Source of the DNA: Octopus sinensis
Taxonomy: Eukaryota
Length of the DNA: 64,000 nt
NCBI RefSeq assembly: GCF_006345805.1
Contig: NC_043015.1
Span: 50,778,001 to 50,842,000 of the forward strand
Direction: 5' to 3'
Shown here: piece by piece, positions 38,020-52,288 of the stretch
How the letters are laid out: every line of letters starts with the position of its first letter
Position numbering within the stretch: position 1 is the stretch's first letter
Translations under genes and position numbers: made by a program
The notes under the pieces: model-generated
What the model was told of the DNA's origin: nothing
The model's database searches: none
Seen by the model: the letters and a program-made list of their open reading frames with translations, nothing else

Positions 38020-38300
38020 ACAGAAAACAATGTCACATTTTTAAACTTGAGAAAATTCTTGCATATTTTCACTTACAAACTGTATTTGCAACATGTGTGT
38101 GTGTGTGTCAGCTGGTTAGTTTCTTTGTTTCTGAAAGCTTGAGCTTAGCCGGATTATCACTGAGGAATTTGCTCACAAATCCAAGTGCTTCATTTATTAT
38201 TAGCATGAATGTGAATTTATAATCTGCGTTTAGAAGCTGAAGATTTTGAACTAGTTGTCTGTAGATATCCTCTTCCTTACCGATTTTCAAAGATTATGTC
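38020..38300 (-). pseudogene. Possible R4/Dong-like LINE C-terminal (REL-endonuclease region) remnant
   Basis: EEDIYRQLVQNLQLLNADYKFTFMLIINEALGFVSKFL resembles the Y..L..L......P(I/V)IIGALG motif of REL-type LINEs. Confidence 0.5.
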
Positions 38301-38589
38301 AGGCAGGGGTGGGGGACTAACACAGATACTTATACATATTACTCTTTTACTCTTTTACTTGTTTCAGTCATTTGACTGAGGCCATACTGGAACACTGCCT
38401 TTAGTCGAGCAAATCGAGCCCAGGACCTATTCTTTGTAAGCCTAGTACTTATTCTATCTGTCTCTTTTGCCGATCTGCTAAGTTACGGGGATGTAAACAC
38501 ACCAGCATCGGTTGTCAAGTGATGTTGGGGGGACAAACACAGACACACACACATATACGACAGGCTTATTTATTTTTCTACTAATAACC

Positions 38590-40115
38590 TTCATCCAGCT
38601 GGTGTAGATTTGTTAAATTTTAGAAAAGCAGTTGCAGAAATAAAGAATGAAGTGATGGAAAACATAGCAGCAAGTTCGTGTAGCATAATAATGGCTAAGT
38701 TTACGCAACCAACAGAAAATACTTGCTCACAACTTCCTCATTTGTCTGTACTTCTAAGGTTTATTCAAAGGTGCTGACAAAACAATTTGGGATTTCCCTC
38801 AAATCCAGGGGCTAGAACTGGTTTTGAAATACCTGAAGAATATTGTAAACTTGATTATGCCGAACAGTTTCTGAGATACGATTCGGGTATCGAGAATGAA
38901 CACTGCATACTAGTATTTGCATCAGAAAGTGCTCTTCAGGATATAACACCTTTTCATCATTGGGTATGTGATGGAATATTCAAAATTGTACCAGATCAGT
39001 GGTTTCAACTGTTTAGCATTCATGTACAAGTTAAAAGTAGCAATTTTCCATGGGTCTTTGCATTACTGCCAAATAAAACAAAGGAGATATACTCTTTTAC
39101 TTGTATCAGTCATTTGACTATGGCCATGCAGGAGCACCACGTTTAGTCGAGCAAATCGACCCCAGGACTTATTCTTTGGAAGCCTAGTACTTATTCTATT
39201 GGTCCCTGTTGCTGAACCGCTAAGTTACGAGGACGTAAACATACCACCATCGGTTGTCAAGTGATGTTGATGGGAGACAAACACAGATACACAAACATAT
39301 ACACACATACATATATATACATATAAACGACGGGCTTCTTTCAGTCTCAATCTACCAAATCCACTTACAAGGCTTTGGTCGGCCAGAAGCTATATTAGAA
39401 GACACTTGCTCAAGGTGCCATGCAGTGGGACTGAACCTGGAACCATGTGGTTGGTAAAAAAGCTACTTACCACACAGCCACTCCTGCGCCTATTATATGT
39501 GAATTATTTTTCAAGCAATTGAAAATTATGCAACCTAATGCATATCTGCTTGATCTCATGGCAGATTTCGAAGTTGCTGTTCACAAGGCATTTAATTCAT
39601 CATTCTCTAATTCATCTGTCGTGGCAGTTTAGCCAATCAGTATTTGAAAAAATTACAGATTTAGGCCTCAACGAAAAATACAATAAAGACTCTGATTTCG
39701 GTCTTAAAATTCTATGTTTTTCAACATTAGCCTTCCTAACCCATCAAAGATGTTGAAGAGGTCTATGAAGAATTAACAGACGATGAAGAAAACCACCTAC
39801 ATTCCCAATAGCTGTATGGAATGTTAATCAGTGTATTCTTCAAGATCTTCTCAGAACAACTAATGCTGCGGAGGGGTTTCATTCTGCTATAAAGTGTTTG
39901 GGGGTAGAGCACATTTGAATATTTGGAAATTAATCAAAACTCTGAAGGTTCCTTCAAGGTAAAATGACTAAAATTCTTTGAGGAGATCTGTCAAATTCAT
40001 GTACACGATATCGAAGAATAACTGAACACCTCTAAAGATTATTCATTGAATATGGGTCAACAAGAAAAATTGATTTTTTGAAGAGTGTGGCATATAATTT
40101 GCATCAATTTTAAGT
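38590..40115 (+). pseudogene. MULE (Mutator-like) DDE transposase remnant split by a SINE
   Basis: ILVFASE...WVCDGIFKIVPDQWFQLFSIH...FPWVFALLPNKTKEIY | ...LMADFEVAVHKAF...RTTNAAEGFHS. Confidence 0.88.
39091..39491 (-). mobile_element. SINE family A inserted in the MULE ORF
   Basis: The reading frame KEIY is interrupted at 39091 and resumes after 39491. Confidence 0.9.
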
Positions 40116-40779
40116 GATCATAACAAATCATTAATTATATCTTATTACTTTTTTGAAATGACTTACTTTTAAATACATTTTTCCACAGTATTTTACCTGA
40201 GTCCTATCAATAAAATTCTTTATGTAGCTTTATGTATTTTCGCTCAATAAACACTCACAACACCTGATCTGGGAATCAAAACCATGATCCTAAAACCGTG
40301 AGTCCACTGCCCTAACCACTGGGCCTTTGCGCCTCCACACTCCGTGTATATACAATGATTTGAATACTCATTCTTGATTGAAATAAAATTACAAGAGATC
40401 GTTAACAAAATAGCCATCAAACAAGTATGACAAGAAAAAACATAAAAAACAAACCAAATATAAAAAAGAGACGCTTTTTAAAAGTTTTCTGTCTTAAAAA
40501 ACATTAGCTAGTAGCGGTTAGTGTTATTAAAAATTAATTCACGTGTATTCATCCAATACTAGCGAAAATTTAAATTGGTAATTACGATTATTATTAATTA
40601 GTAAATAAATAAAAAAATGTGTAATTAATGTGTCTGACGAGTTTTCGGTGGAGTTATTATTGTTGAATTTATGGCCTTTTTCTAAATTATTAAACACATC
40701 TTTACCATTTTCTTCCTCCTCGTTGAATTGATCGGTGAGTTCTTTGATCGGCTTTTGGTGGTGCCATAATTCTATGCGC

Positions 40780-41522
40780 TCACACACACACACACACATG
40801 TACTTAAATACAGACACACACAACCATATACATAAGCCATGCATACACGCACACACACATAGATACTGAAACACAGGCATACATACGTACAGACACACAT
40901 AGACAGGCACATACATGCATACAGGCACACACACATACACACACTCAAATACAGACACACAAACACACATACACACAACCATGCATATAAACCCACACAC
41001 ACTTACATGCACACACACACACAAACACACACATACATAGATACAGACACACAAATATACATACAAATACACATAGAGACAGACAGGTGCACACACACAC
41101 ACACACACAGGTATAGACATACAAACATGCATTCATATTGACACATATAAAGACAGACAGACATACACACACACACACACATAGAGACAGACACACATAA
41201 ATGTACACACACACATGCATACATACACAGACAAGCATATGCAAATACATACACAGACAGATAGATACACACAGTCTCACACTTGAAGAACAAATAAACA
41301 CGCACATACTCTCACACACACACATACACAAAGTCACACAGATACACAAAGGCACCCGAATATTGGGGGCACACAGACAGACACACACATACACATACAC
41401 AGACACTTGCACACACAGACACACACATACACATGTACACACACACACAGAGGCACAAACATGCACACAAACGCACACACACACAAAGACACACAAACTC
41501 ACACACACCACACACACACATT
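40780..41522. repeat. Degenerate (CA)n/(CATA)n/(CAGA)n tract
   Basis: Direct inspection. Confidence 0.95.
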
Positions 41523-42263
41523 AGCAATATTTAATCAAAAGATTTGTTTCAGTTTTATGTGGCCCTATGTTTGATCCACCGTGCAGCACCCACCATAAGG
41601 GCAAGTTACTTCACCTGTAACCTTCAGTCACCCCTAAATTTCATATCATCATCAATTCCTGGACATTACTGTCTCAAGCTTAGGTCTCTTAGAACTGGAT
41701 TCCTGGTTGCCATGGCATGGTATAAGTGACCAAGATTGTGCCATTCCCCCTGGATAGGAAGCTAGTCTGCTTTAGAGTTACACATTTACAACTGAGTGGA
41801 TTGGAGTTACATGAAGTGAAGTGTTTTGTTCAAGAACACAACAACACACCACCCTGACTGGGAACTGAAACAATGATCTTGTAATCATAAGTGCAGCACT
41901 GTAACCACTTAGCCATGCACTTCCCCATAATGGGGTACAAATATGTCAACAAAAAGGTATATAATAAGTGGCTGAGATAACAATATGCTTCCTGAATGAA
42001 TACCAGTCCATAGTAGGGTTACTAATCTGAAGGTAAATGGTCTGAGGCAGCATGAAATGAAGTGTTTTACTCAAAAAGACAATACACCACCTGGTACATA
42101 AATTGAAACAGCTGTCTTGCAATTGTGAGTGCAACACCCTAACCACTAGACCATTTGCTTTTCCCTTTAAGTGACAGAAATACAGTTCTATATTTAAGAG
42201 ATGAGGAATTATGTACATTATTTACATTATTTACATGTAATGGATATTTGTCCTCATCTTGTT

Positions 42264-42299
<36 letters not shown>

Positions 42300-42303
<4 letters not shown>

Positions 42304-42745
42304 TCTTTAGTACTCTAGGCACAAGGCTCGAAATGTTGTGGGAGGGGGCCCATTTGATGAGATCGACCCAGTATGCAACTGGTACTTAAGTTATTGTCTC
42401 TGAAAGGATGAAAAGCAAAGTTGACCTCGGTGGAATATATACCTAGAACGTAGCGGTAGACGAAATACCGCTAAGCATTTCACCTGGCGTGCTAACGTTT
42501 CTGCCAATTCGCCACCTTTAAATATTATTTTCTACTCCAGGCACAAGGCCCGAAATTTTGGAGTGAGGGGGAGCAGTTGATTAGATCAACCCCAGTACAC
42601 AACTGGTACTTAATTTATCGACCCCGAAAGGATGAAAAGCAAAGTCAACCACAGTGGAATTTGAACTCAGAATGTAAAGACAGATGAAGTACCGCTAAGC
42701 ATTTCACCCGGCGTGCTAACGTTTCTGCCAGCTCTCATCGCCTTG
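42300..42745 (-). mobile_element. Two tandem SINE family B variants
   Basis: ctctaggcacaaggc...aaaggatgaaaagcaaagt...ggcgtgctaacgtttctgcca occurs twice. Confidence 0.85.
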
Positions 42746-43421
42746 AAGGACCAATCAAGTATTGGAACTGATATAATTTATTATAAATCCCTATCACAGA
42801 AAAATTTGAAAAAACAAAACAAAAACAAAAAAAAAATATGTTGTCTTGTTATATTGACTCTGCAACTAGTTTTTGGGGGCCTACAGTACAGCCGAATTTC
42901 AGACATCTCTATTCAGCATCATCTCATCTCACAGGCTTTACTTCCTGGAGTTCATTCTAAGAAGTTCTACTCACTCTTCCTTATTATTTATCAACCTCAT
43001 GATTTCTCTACCAACTCTTCATGTCTGTTGGCACCAACCCCTTTGTATGAGCAATCTGTGGAATTCTCTGTAAATCACTGGCTGCATTAAAGTCTCGTAA
43101 GGGACGGACATCAGAACTAAAGGGGAAAAATGGTTGTTGGGCCCCTACATCTGTTGAAATAGATGGGGAGTTCTTCGTTGTGTCTGTTTGAATAAAAGTA
43201 GATAAACTTTGGTATTGCTTACATTCTTCAGTAGACAAATGTCTTGTAGTTCAGAAGATGTGTGAGGATGTATGAGAACCAGTGGAATGAAGAATAATTT
43301 ACATGAAAAACAAATGGGCAGGGTTGCCTGGCAGAGCAACATTTGGCCATGGAAAATCTGCCTTCATAAGTCTTGTCTAACCCATGCTGGCATAGAAAAG
43401 CAGCAGTAAAAACAATGATAA

Positions 43422-43452
<31 letters not shown>

Positions 43453-44589
43453 GACATACACATGCACACACACATATACACACACATACACACACTGCTA
43501 AGCACAATTCAAGTGTAAAGTTACTGTTAGGATTTCAAGTAAATTATTAGGTTGATATTAACTTATGTCTGGAATTTTATGCAACATTATTTTCCAGGTT
43601 AGTGGAAACTGACCCATTACATTGCTTCAATGCGATGGAATACTTCAAAAAGAGTTAAAAGAAAAAGACTAAATATAATCCATTATCTGAGTGAAACTGG
43701 CGAAAGAGAAAGGAAATTATTCAAGGTTAATGGATACCTAAGGAGGTGAATCAGATCAGCAGAAAACTCTCATATCTCTCCCTACCTTCGGAATATATTT
43801 AAAGATGGAACCATATTAGACACATACGGGTCATAAGTCAATCTGGTCATAAGTTGGCCTATAGGCTTACATAGCTTTGTTTTATATTTTTACATTCTTA
43901 AGGTACATTCTCAAGTAAAAGTCACACACAGCTTTCTGTATTTATACTATTATACTGGCGTTAGTCAAAAATTTCGGAGTATCAAGCAGTCGTCTTATAA
44001 ACAAATACGAAGCTGCCTCGATGTCTCTGCGACAGGATATTCATTCATCGCAGTGGCAATCGATAACGAAACCTAGGGGAAGCGTTTGTTAGCTGACACC
44101 ACCCGTAGACAGGTTAATTTATAAGAAATTAAACCCATTAGATTTCAACTGGACTATTTATTATTGCTGCCGTCATAAAGTCAATTGGTCCTAAGTCAAT
44201 GATGACCTGTATACCAAAATAAAACTAATGTAGCACCATAGAAACTAAATACAGAAGATATTGATTAAAATTTGATTAAGGCTTTATGTAGTCTTTCAGA
44301 GACACTCTTGTATGTTTGGGGCAGAATATACTTCACTTCTTTATCCGGGTTTATTTGGAAGGCTAGAGAACAATGACAGGATTTTCTCCACATTAATTGA
44401 GAACTTTGTTGATAGATCTCCCTCCATAATCTACCGAAATATATAATTGCAGACTATGCCTTCCTGAAAAACTGTATATCATTAAAAAAGCCTGTATTTA
44501 TCCTTCAGTGATAAATTTGAAGTGATTTTCAATTGCTGTGATGGACAGAAAATAATGCCAAGAATAATTGAGGAGCTAATACCCTTACC

Positions 44590-45075
44590 ATCATCATCAT
44601 CATCATCGTTTAATGTCTGTTTTCCATGTTGGCATGGGTTGGACGGTTTGACTGAGGGCTGGCAAGCCAGAAGGCGGAAGCAGGCTCCAATCCGACCTGG
44701 CAAAATTTCTACAGAGTGTAATGGGTGCTTTTATGTGCCACTGGCATGATGGCCATGCTCGACTGGTGCTTTTTACGTGACACCAGCATGGGGGCCAGTC
44801 AGGCGGCACTGGCATTGACTACACTCGAATGGTGCTTTTTACATGCTACTGGCATGGGACCAGTCAGCTGTCACTAGCATCTTCATCATCATCATCATCA
44901 TCATTTAATGTCCGTCATCCATGCTGGCATGGATTGGACAGTTTGACCAGAGCTGGCAAGCTGGGGAGCTACACCAAACTCAAGTCTGATTTGGCATCGT
45001 TTCTACAACAGATGTGCTTCCTAATGCCAACCACCTTACATGGTTGCCAATCAGGTGGTACTGTCATCAGTACTT
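44590..45075 (-). mobile_element. Two SINE family C copies
   Basis: (cat)n-tttaatgtc...ccatg(t/c)tggcatgg at ~44590 and ~44885. Confidence 0.8.
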
Positions 45076-45394
45076 CACTTGCCTCAACAGGTCTTTGCAA
45101 GCACAGTTTATTGCCCAATGACTGAAGGGTGCTCTTAATGAAAGCTAACCCTTACTGAATCACCCTCTTTGACTTTATAACAGTTTATCAGTGAGTCATG
45201 TTACATGTTTGGAATAATTCCTATAATATGATTTAAAACTCAAGTGTGAAGTAAGCTGGTCAACAAACACTGAGGCCCAATTTTCAAGCTAAATCCAGTT
45301 AGAACTTTATTCGTGATTGATGACTGATCATGAAGAAAAATACTTTTATGACTATAAAACTTTGTATAATCACTGTGTGAGTCTCCACCAACCA

Positions 45395-45397
45395 ACC

Positions 45398-45443
<46 letters not shown>

Positions 45444-45690
45444 TGCATAAATATATAGACAGGTGTGTATGTATATGTGCATACTAATATATACACACAA
45501 ATGTACATATGCACATTTATATGTGTGCATATATGTGTGTATGTGAGTGTGTGTGTGTGTGAGTGTGTGTGTGAGTGTGTGTGTGAGTGTGTGTGTGCAT
45601 ACATATATACATAAACACCTATATATGTACATGCACATAAATGCACTTACACACGTGTACACAGATATACATACACACATATACATATAT

Positions 45691-45733
<43 letters not shown>

Positions 45734-45795
45734 TATATATGTAGTGTGGACAATTTGATATTATATAAATGTGTGTGTGTGTGGTGTGTGTGTCT
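45395..45795. repeat. (CA)/(TG)/(TA) compound microsatellite
   Basis: Direct inspection. Confidence 0.95.
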
Positions 45796-46214
45796 TTCAA
45801 TGATGCATATCAGAGGAAAATGTAGACATCAAAGAAAAAAAATGATAAACTTGTGACTTTCAAATGAAAAATTCTTGTGATGTTTTTTTTAAATTTCTGC
45901 TTGAGTTCCGCACACTAACTCCCGCCATTCTCATCATTCTAAACGCAGTCAACCATTGAACCATGATAAAAACCTCTAAGTAAAGCTGCTATTGTTCATA
46001 AAATATATCAAAAAGAAAAAAAAAATAGATAACTAAATAATAAATATGTATAGATTGATGCAGACATGGCTGTGTGGTTAAGAAGCTTGGTTCTGAACCA
46101 TGCGGTCTCATGTTCCATCCCACTGTGTGCTAAGTCGGGCAAGTGTCTTCTACTATGGCCTCGGGCTAACCAAAGCCTTGGGAGTGGATTGGTACATCGA
46201 ACCTGTGTGTAAGC

Positions 46215-46234
46215 TCATCATCATCACTGTCATC

Positions 46235-46285
<51 letters not shown>

Positions 46286-46455
46286 TTCATCATCATCACC
46301 ATCATCATCTTCATCATCATCTTCATATCATCATCATCATCATCATGATCATCATCATCATGATCATCTTCATCATCATCACCATCATCATCTTCATCAT
46401 CATCCTCATATCATCATCATCATCATCATCATCATCTTCATCACCATCATCATCT

Positions 46456-46486
<31 letters not shown>

Positions 46487-46500
46487 CTTCATCATCATCA

Positions 46501-46532
<32 letters not shown>

Positions 46533-46730
46533 TCATCATCATCATCATCATCTTCATCATCATCATCATCATCATCTTCATCATCATCTTCATCATCATC
46601 ATCTCATCATCATCATCATCATCATATCATCATCATGATCATCTTCATCATCATCACCATCATCATCTTCATCATCATCCTCATATCATCATCATCATCA
46701 TCATCATCATCTTCATCACCATCATCATCT

Positions 46731-46761
<31 letters not shown>

Positions 46762-46858
46762 CATCTTCATCATCATCATCATCACCTTCATCACCATCAC
46801 CATCATCTTCATCATCTTCACCACCACCATCACTATCATCTTCACCACCACCACCACC

Positions 46859-46892
<34 letters not shown>

Positions 46893-46900
46893 TCATCATT
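46215..46900. repeat. (CAT/CTT/CAC)n tract with a ~290-bp internal duplication
   Basis: Variant pattern catgatcatcttcatcatcatcacc...cctcatatc recurs at ~46345 and ~46635. Confidence 0.9.
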
Positions 46901-47974
46901 TAATGTCCGTTGTCCATGCTGGCATTGGTTGGACAATTTGACCAGAGCTGGCAAGCTGGGGAGCAACACCAAACTCCAGTCTGATCTGGCATGTTTCTAC
47001 AACAGGATGTGCTTCCTAACGCCAACCACCTTACAAAGTGTGCCACATACACGAATGTATGTGTGTGTGTGTGTATGAAAGAGAGAGGGAGAGAGAGAGA
47101 GAGAGTGTGTGTGTCTTTGTATTTGTGTCTGTCCTCCACCACTGCTTCACAGCCATTGATGGTTTGTTTACATCCCTGTAACTTAGCAGTTTGGCTTAAA
47201 AACAAAAAAAGGCCAATAGACTAAGTCTCAAATTTAAAAAAATTATAAAACAAAAACTACAAGTACTATGGAAAGATTTATTCAACTAAAAACCTTCCTG
47301 GGCGGTGCCCCAGCATGGCCACAGTTCAATAACTAAAACAAGCAAAAGATGAAAGGCATCCTTCTCAATTCCGCTAGAGAAGAAATCTGTCTTTGATGTT
47401 TTGTTATTAGGCGGGATGTATGCAAAGTAAAATGGAAGCCCATTGGTGTCTAGTCAACCGATTATGACTTCTCTCTCCCTTCGAAATTAGACTAATGCTT
47501 AGTAAACCAATAAAAGTCGTGATCAGTAAAAAAAGGAAGAGAATAAAAAAAATTATTTTTAACTAGCCCTAGGTTTAGTAAACAAGAGCAAAATTACTTT
47601 TCAAGTTAACTACATTAATTCCTCCAAAAAGAAAGAAAAAAATCTAAATTTGAAATTTCCAGTATAAAATTTAAATTATTATTACTAAAACTTTAAAATA
47701 ATTTTTTTTTTTTAAACGCAAACTACATTTGAGGAAAATATAACGAAAGTTCAAATTATTTTTATGAAATAAAAACTGCAAAAAAAAAAAAGAAAAAATA
47801 GAAGTCTTTCTGAAGAGTTTTAATTAAGTTATAATTAAGATCTTGTGTATTGTAAATTTCTGTGAAGCTACCATTTCATAAAACTGGTTTTTAACCACTT
47901 GTTGTTTTTGTTGTTGTTGTTGTTTTTCTTCTTCTTCTTCTTCTTCTTCTTCTTCATAATCTCCTTCTTCTTCT

Positions 47975-48017
<43 letters not shown>

Positions 48018-48608
48018 GGATGAAAGAGAAATGTATACCATCATATTGTTATTATTATTATTATTAATATTATTGTTAGCATTCCATTTTGGTTCTGTCT
48101 TTAAACAAAACAAATTCTTTACAACATGAGTGATCCACTTTACCTTCTTAATTAACCATCAACCATAAAGAATTTCCTTCTGTTCACTTTTTGTTTTTGC
48201 TCTGTATTTTTTTTTGTTTTTGTCCTGATGATATTAATGGTTATCCTAATGCAATGAGTCAGCAGAATTGTTATCACATCAAACAAAAATGCCTACCGGT
48301 AGCATTACATTCTAAGTTCAGATTCTGCCTGGGTCAACTTTACCATTTATTCATCTAGGGTTGATAAAATAAATACCAGTCAACTTAACCACCTTCACTC
48401 AAATTTGCTGGTCATAGCTAACTTTGCTATTCATCCCTTAAAGGTTAATAAGAAAAAAAAGGGACCAGTCAAGTACTGGAATTGATGTAATCTCCTTATC
48501 CCTTCATCTCAAATTGTTCAAAATTGATTCTTCTATGATTAACTTTAAGGTCTTTGCAAAGTTGAGACATTTCACATCCACATTTAAATGACTGAGTCAT
48601 TGTTTCAG

Positions 48609-48843
48609 TCATCATTGTTCGACCATGGTCGAGACAATGGAATTTACCATGCTACGCCAGACTTCACAGTCCATCATAGCATTATGGAGGTCCTGTTGCT
48701 GGATGCCTGTATCCCTGGAGATTACATCAGGGTAGGAGAGTGTGCGCCCTCTGGTATCGCGAGTAGATGGCTTCCAGAGGAGAAGAGTAGAAATTGCCTC
48801 GTTTTCAGCTCTACAACAATGTCCAGCAAACTGGACTCTCCAG
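48609..48843 (-). mobile_element. 5'-truncated RTE-like LINE 3' end
   Basis: RVQFAGHCCRAENEAISTLLLWKP...RGRTLSYPDVISRD...WRSMV; same family as 63566-64000. Confidence 0.85.
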
Positions 48844-48879
48844 TACCCAGTCATTATGTTGTCATAATGTACCAGTCAT

Positions 48880-49220
48880 AATGTTGTGGTAGGTGTGTAA
48901 GGCAGCTCCTTTAGGGATGGAAGCCTTTTTCCATCTCTGTGAGCATGTTGTTTTCTTTTAGAAACATGACCAGCTTTCTTCTAACAATGCATTCCATGAC
49001 TTTACCAACATGTGAGGTCAGAGAGATTAGCCTGTAAGCTTTAGCATATATTCTGCTTCCTCCTTTATGGATAAGGCTTATACTTTAGGAAGTAAGCTCT
49101 GGAAAATTATCTGTAATAGTTTTTTGCAACAGCTTCCTTGCATATCTTCAAAGGCACCACTGGAAAACCATCTGCACTCATTGCTGAGTTTAAATTAATC
49201 TCATCAATGGCTGACATATG
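48880..49220 (-). pseudogene. CR1/Jockey-group LINE reverse-transcriptase fragment
   Basis: IHKGGS...YRLISLTSHVGKVMECIV...GFHP*RSCLTHL matches the YRPISLTS...GF...RSC motif. Confidence 0.8.
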
Positions 49221-50806
49221 ATATTCTCTTCTAAAGCAACAAGCTGGCAGAATTACTTGCAAACTGGGCAAAATGCTTAACAGCATTTCACTCATCTTTA
49301 CATTCTGAGTTCAAAGTCCACTGAGGTGAACTTTGCCTTTCATCCTTTCAGAGTCGATAAAATAAGTATCAGCTGAGATATTCATAGCTGAAAGGACGCA
49401 GACCTTTTCAGATTTAAGAACTCTACCACACTGCTGAATTCTAGAACTGAAATTTTCAGCAGTTATAAATATATAGTCAAGTTCCTGTTGGTGAATTGGA
49501 AAATACCACCCTCTTTGAATTGAGTGGCTGTGCCACAGACTCTAGGCCACTATCCTTTCAACCTTATGAATTTATGGTCGGAGGCGACATAACTCTAATT
49601 TTCTCCCTTTTGCTTCTTTCTGTTTTCTCTTTTGTTTATTAGTTTTTCAAACTTCCAACTTTTATATCTACTTCCTTCTTGCTTTTTCTCGTTTTTTTTT
49701 CTCCCATCCTATCATCATACTTTTTAGCTTGTTATGCCACGTGGGCATAGCTTGAGGAGAGTGCTAGGGTACTGGATGTGTTAAAAAATGCTGTCATTGC
49801 ATGAAACAAATAACAGCTCATTAAAACATACACTGTAAAAACCCATGTAATTTGTGCACCTGTGTAATTTATGCTGGTGATTTTCAGGATAAAAATTGTT
49901 AAAGAGAACTTCGACTTGTGTAAAATTAACACCCAAAAGTTTTCAGAGTTGCCGACATGGCCAGGGGGCAAAGGTTTTCAATTTAGTTGTATTTAGCATA
50001 ATTTCACTTACCTATGATTAGATTTCATTAAATTTTCATTAGATAAAAATAATTTCTCTTTAACAGGTATTACATTGAAAGCAATCAAATTACAAAGTGT
50101 TTGTGTTGTTTATTATAAACTTTATTTTACATTTCTTGCCCACAAGAGATTATGTTTGATCTTCAGCATACTGCTGTATGTCTTCTCAAATCACGATCAC
50201 AGGAAAAATTTGTTGATAAGAATTATCAACAAAAACAAAGCTGATAAATATGAACAGGTGTTGCAAATTAAGTTTAATTACTAATAAACATCAGTTTGGA
50301 TGACGCTTTACTCAAATGAGTAAAATATGTAAAATATGGCCTGGATTATGATTACCAGCATGAACGTCAGGCTTCAAAATGTAGTTAACCATTTAATGGT
50401 TTTAGTAAATTTATACAGAAAAAGTAAGCATTGCACCATCCAGCATAAATAAAAGTCAACTTCATTATATTTAAACCCTTATTTTTTCTGTAAAAGCCTA
50501 TACTGACATTAAATGAGCCAAATTCTGGTACAAATGTTTACGTTTTGTACATCTTTTTTACAACAAAAAAAGTTTCAATAAATGTTCTGGAAATGATCTA
50601 CTCATGTAATTCATGGATCCTAAAGTTTATTTATATTTTTGTAAAAAGAAATGCATAAATTATTTGGGTTTTTATGGTACTGTACTTATTAAATAATATA
50701 TTTATATATATAATTTTTTTATATATATATATATATAAATTATATATATAAATATATATATATAAATTATATATATAAATATATATATATATAAATTATA
50801 TATATA

Positions 50807-50920
<114 letters not shown>

Positions 50921-50921
50921 A

Positions 50922-51077
50922 GGTGTAAGAGTGGTATGTAGTAAGAAGCTTGCTTCTCAACCACATGGTTCTGGGTTCAGTCCCACTGCATAGTACCTTG
51001 AGCAAGTGTCTTCTACTATAGCCTCAGGCCAACCAATGCCTTGTGAGTGGATTTGGTAGATGGAAACTGAAAGAATC

Positions 51078-51115
<38 letters not shown>

Positions 51116-51361
51116 TATATATATACACACACACACATACACATCTATATATGCATATGTTTGTGTGTCTGTTTGTCCCACCTCCATCGCATGCCACCTG
51201 ATGTTGACCTGTTTACGTCACTGTAATTTAGCAGTTTGGCAAAAGAGACCGATAGAATAAGTATGAGGCTTACAAAGAATAAATACTGGAGCGTCTTTGT
51301 TCAACTAAAGGCGGTGCTCCAGTATGGCCGCAGTTAAATGACTGAAAGAAGTAAAAGAATA

Positions 51362-51365
<4 letters not shown>
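50922..51365 (+). mobile_element. Full-length SINE family A
   Basis: Consensus head, core and tail. Confidence 0.88.
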
Positions 51366-51399
<34 letters not shown>

Positions 51400-51402
<3 letters not shown>

Positions 51403-51622
51403 TCAAGGAGATGCTGAAAAGTTCCTGGGCTTGTGTAAAAGAAGGCAAAAGAAGATCAGTTAATTATGATATTAGTCAACATATTCCCCACTCAGATTCA
51501 CACACTTATTGCAGCGGTCCTTCAGTTTTTCTAAGTCCTGTGAAAGAACTCAGAAGCTTGGACCTCCAGCCTGGCCTTTCACAGGACCCTTAAAGCCAGG
51601 AACTTTTCAGCCCTTACACTGC

Positions 51623-51625
<3 letters not shown>
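51400..51625. mobile_element. ~215-bp mariner-type MITE
   Basis: TIRs gatgctgaaaagttcctgggctt / aaagccaggaacttttcagc. Confidence 0.75.
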
Positions 51626-51654
<29 letters not shown>

Positions 51655-51714
51655 ATTATGCCAGCATTGAACATGGACATTAAATGCTAATGAAGATGAT
51701 GATGATATATATAT

Positions 51715-51976
51715 ATAAGTTCAGCAAAATTTAGATTCAAATGAATATGGTACTTAAGTTAGATGCACCAGAATTTTGTATGGTGTTATCCATAGAAATC
51801 CATGGGGTGATTATAATCAAAATAAGCAGCAAGAATAACATCTGTAATTTGGTACGATCGTTTCGCACTACATCATTTTATTAAATGTTGTAAGTATTAC
51901 AACAGTTTTAAAATGCTGAGTACTAATTAGCTGATCGTACCAAATTACAGAAGTTATTCTTGTTGCTTATTTTGAT

Positions 51977-51980
<4 letters not shown>
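51715..51980. mobile_element. Leader plus 48-bp hairpin element in (TA)n
   Basis: Arms 51812-51859 and 51933-51980 differ by two mismatches; leader shared with ~56940-57060. Confidence 0.75.
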
Positions 51981-52010
<30 letters not shown>

Positions 52011-52288
52011 TGCATATATATATATACATATATATAACTCCCTTATACACCAAATGGGTCAATGGTTAGGACAAAGGCACATACAGGAGTGGTGATGTGA
52101 AACAATCTCAGACTGAGGAAATCAGAAAGACTACAGTGGTGCTTCAGAATGACTGCAGACTCATATCTGAAACAACTAAAAGAGTAAAAGAGCACACATA
52201 TATATATATATATAATATATTATATATATATATATATATATATCTACAAGCCATTCAAGAAATATATATATACATATATATATATATA

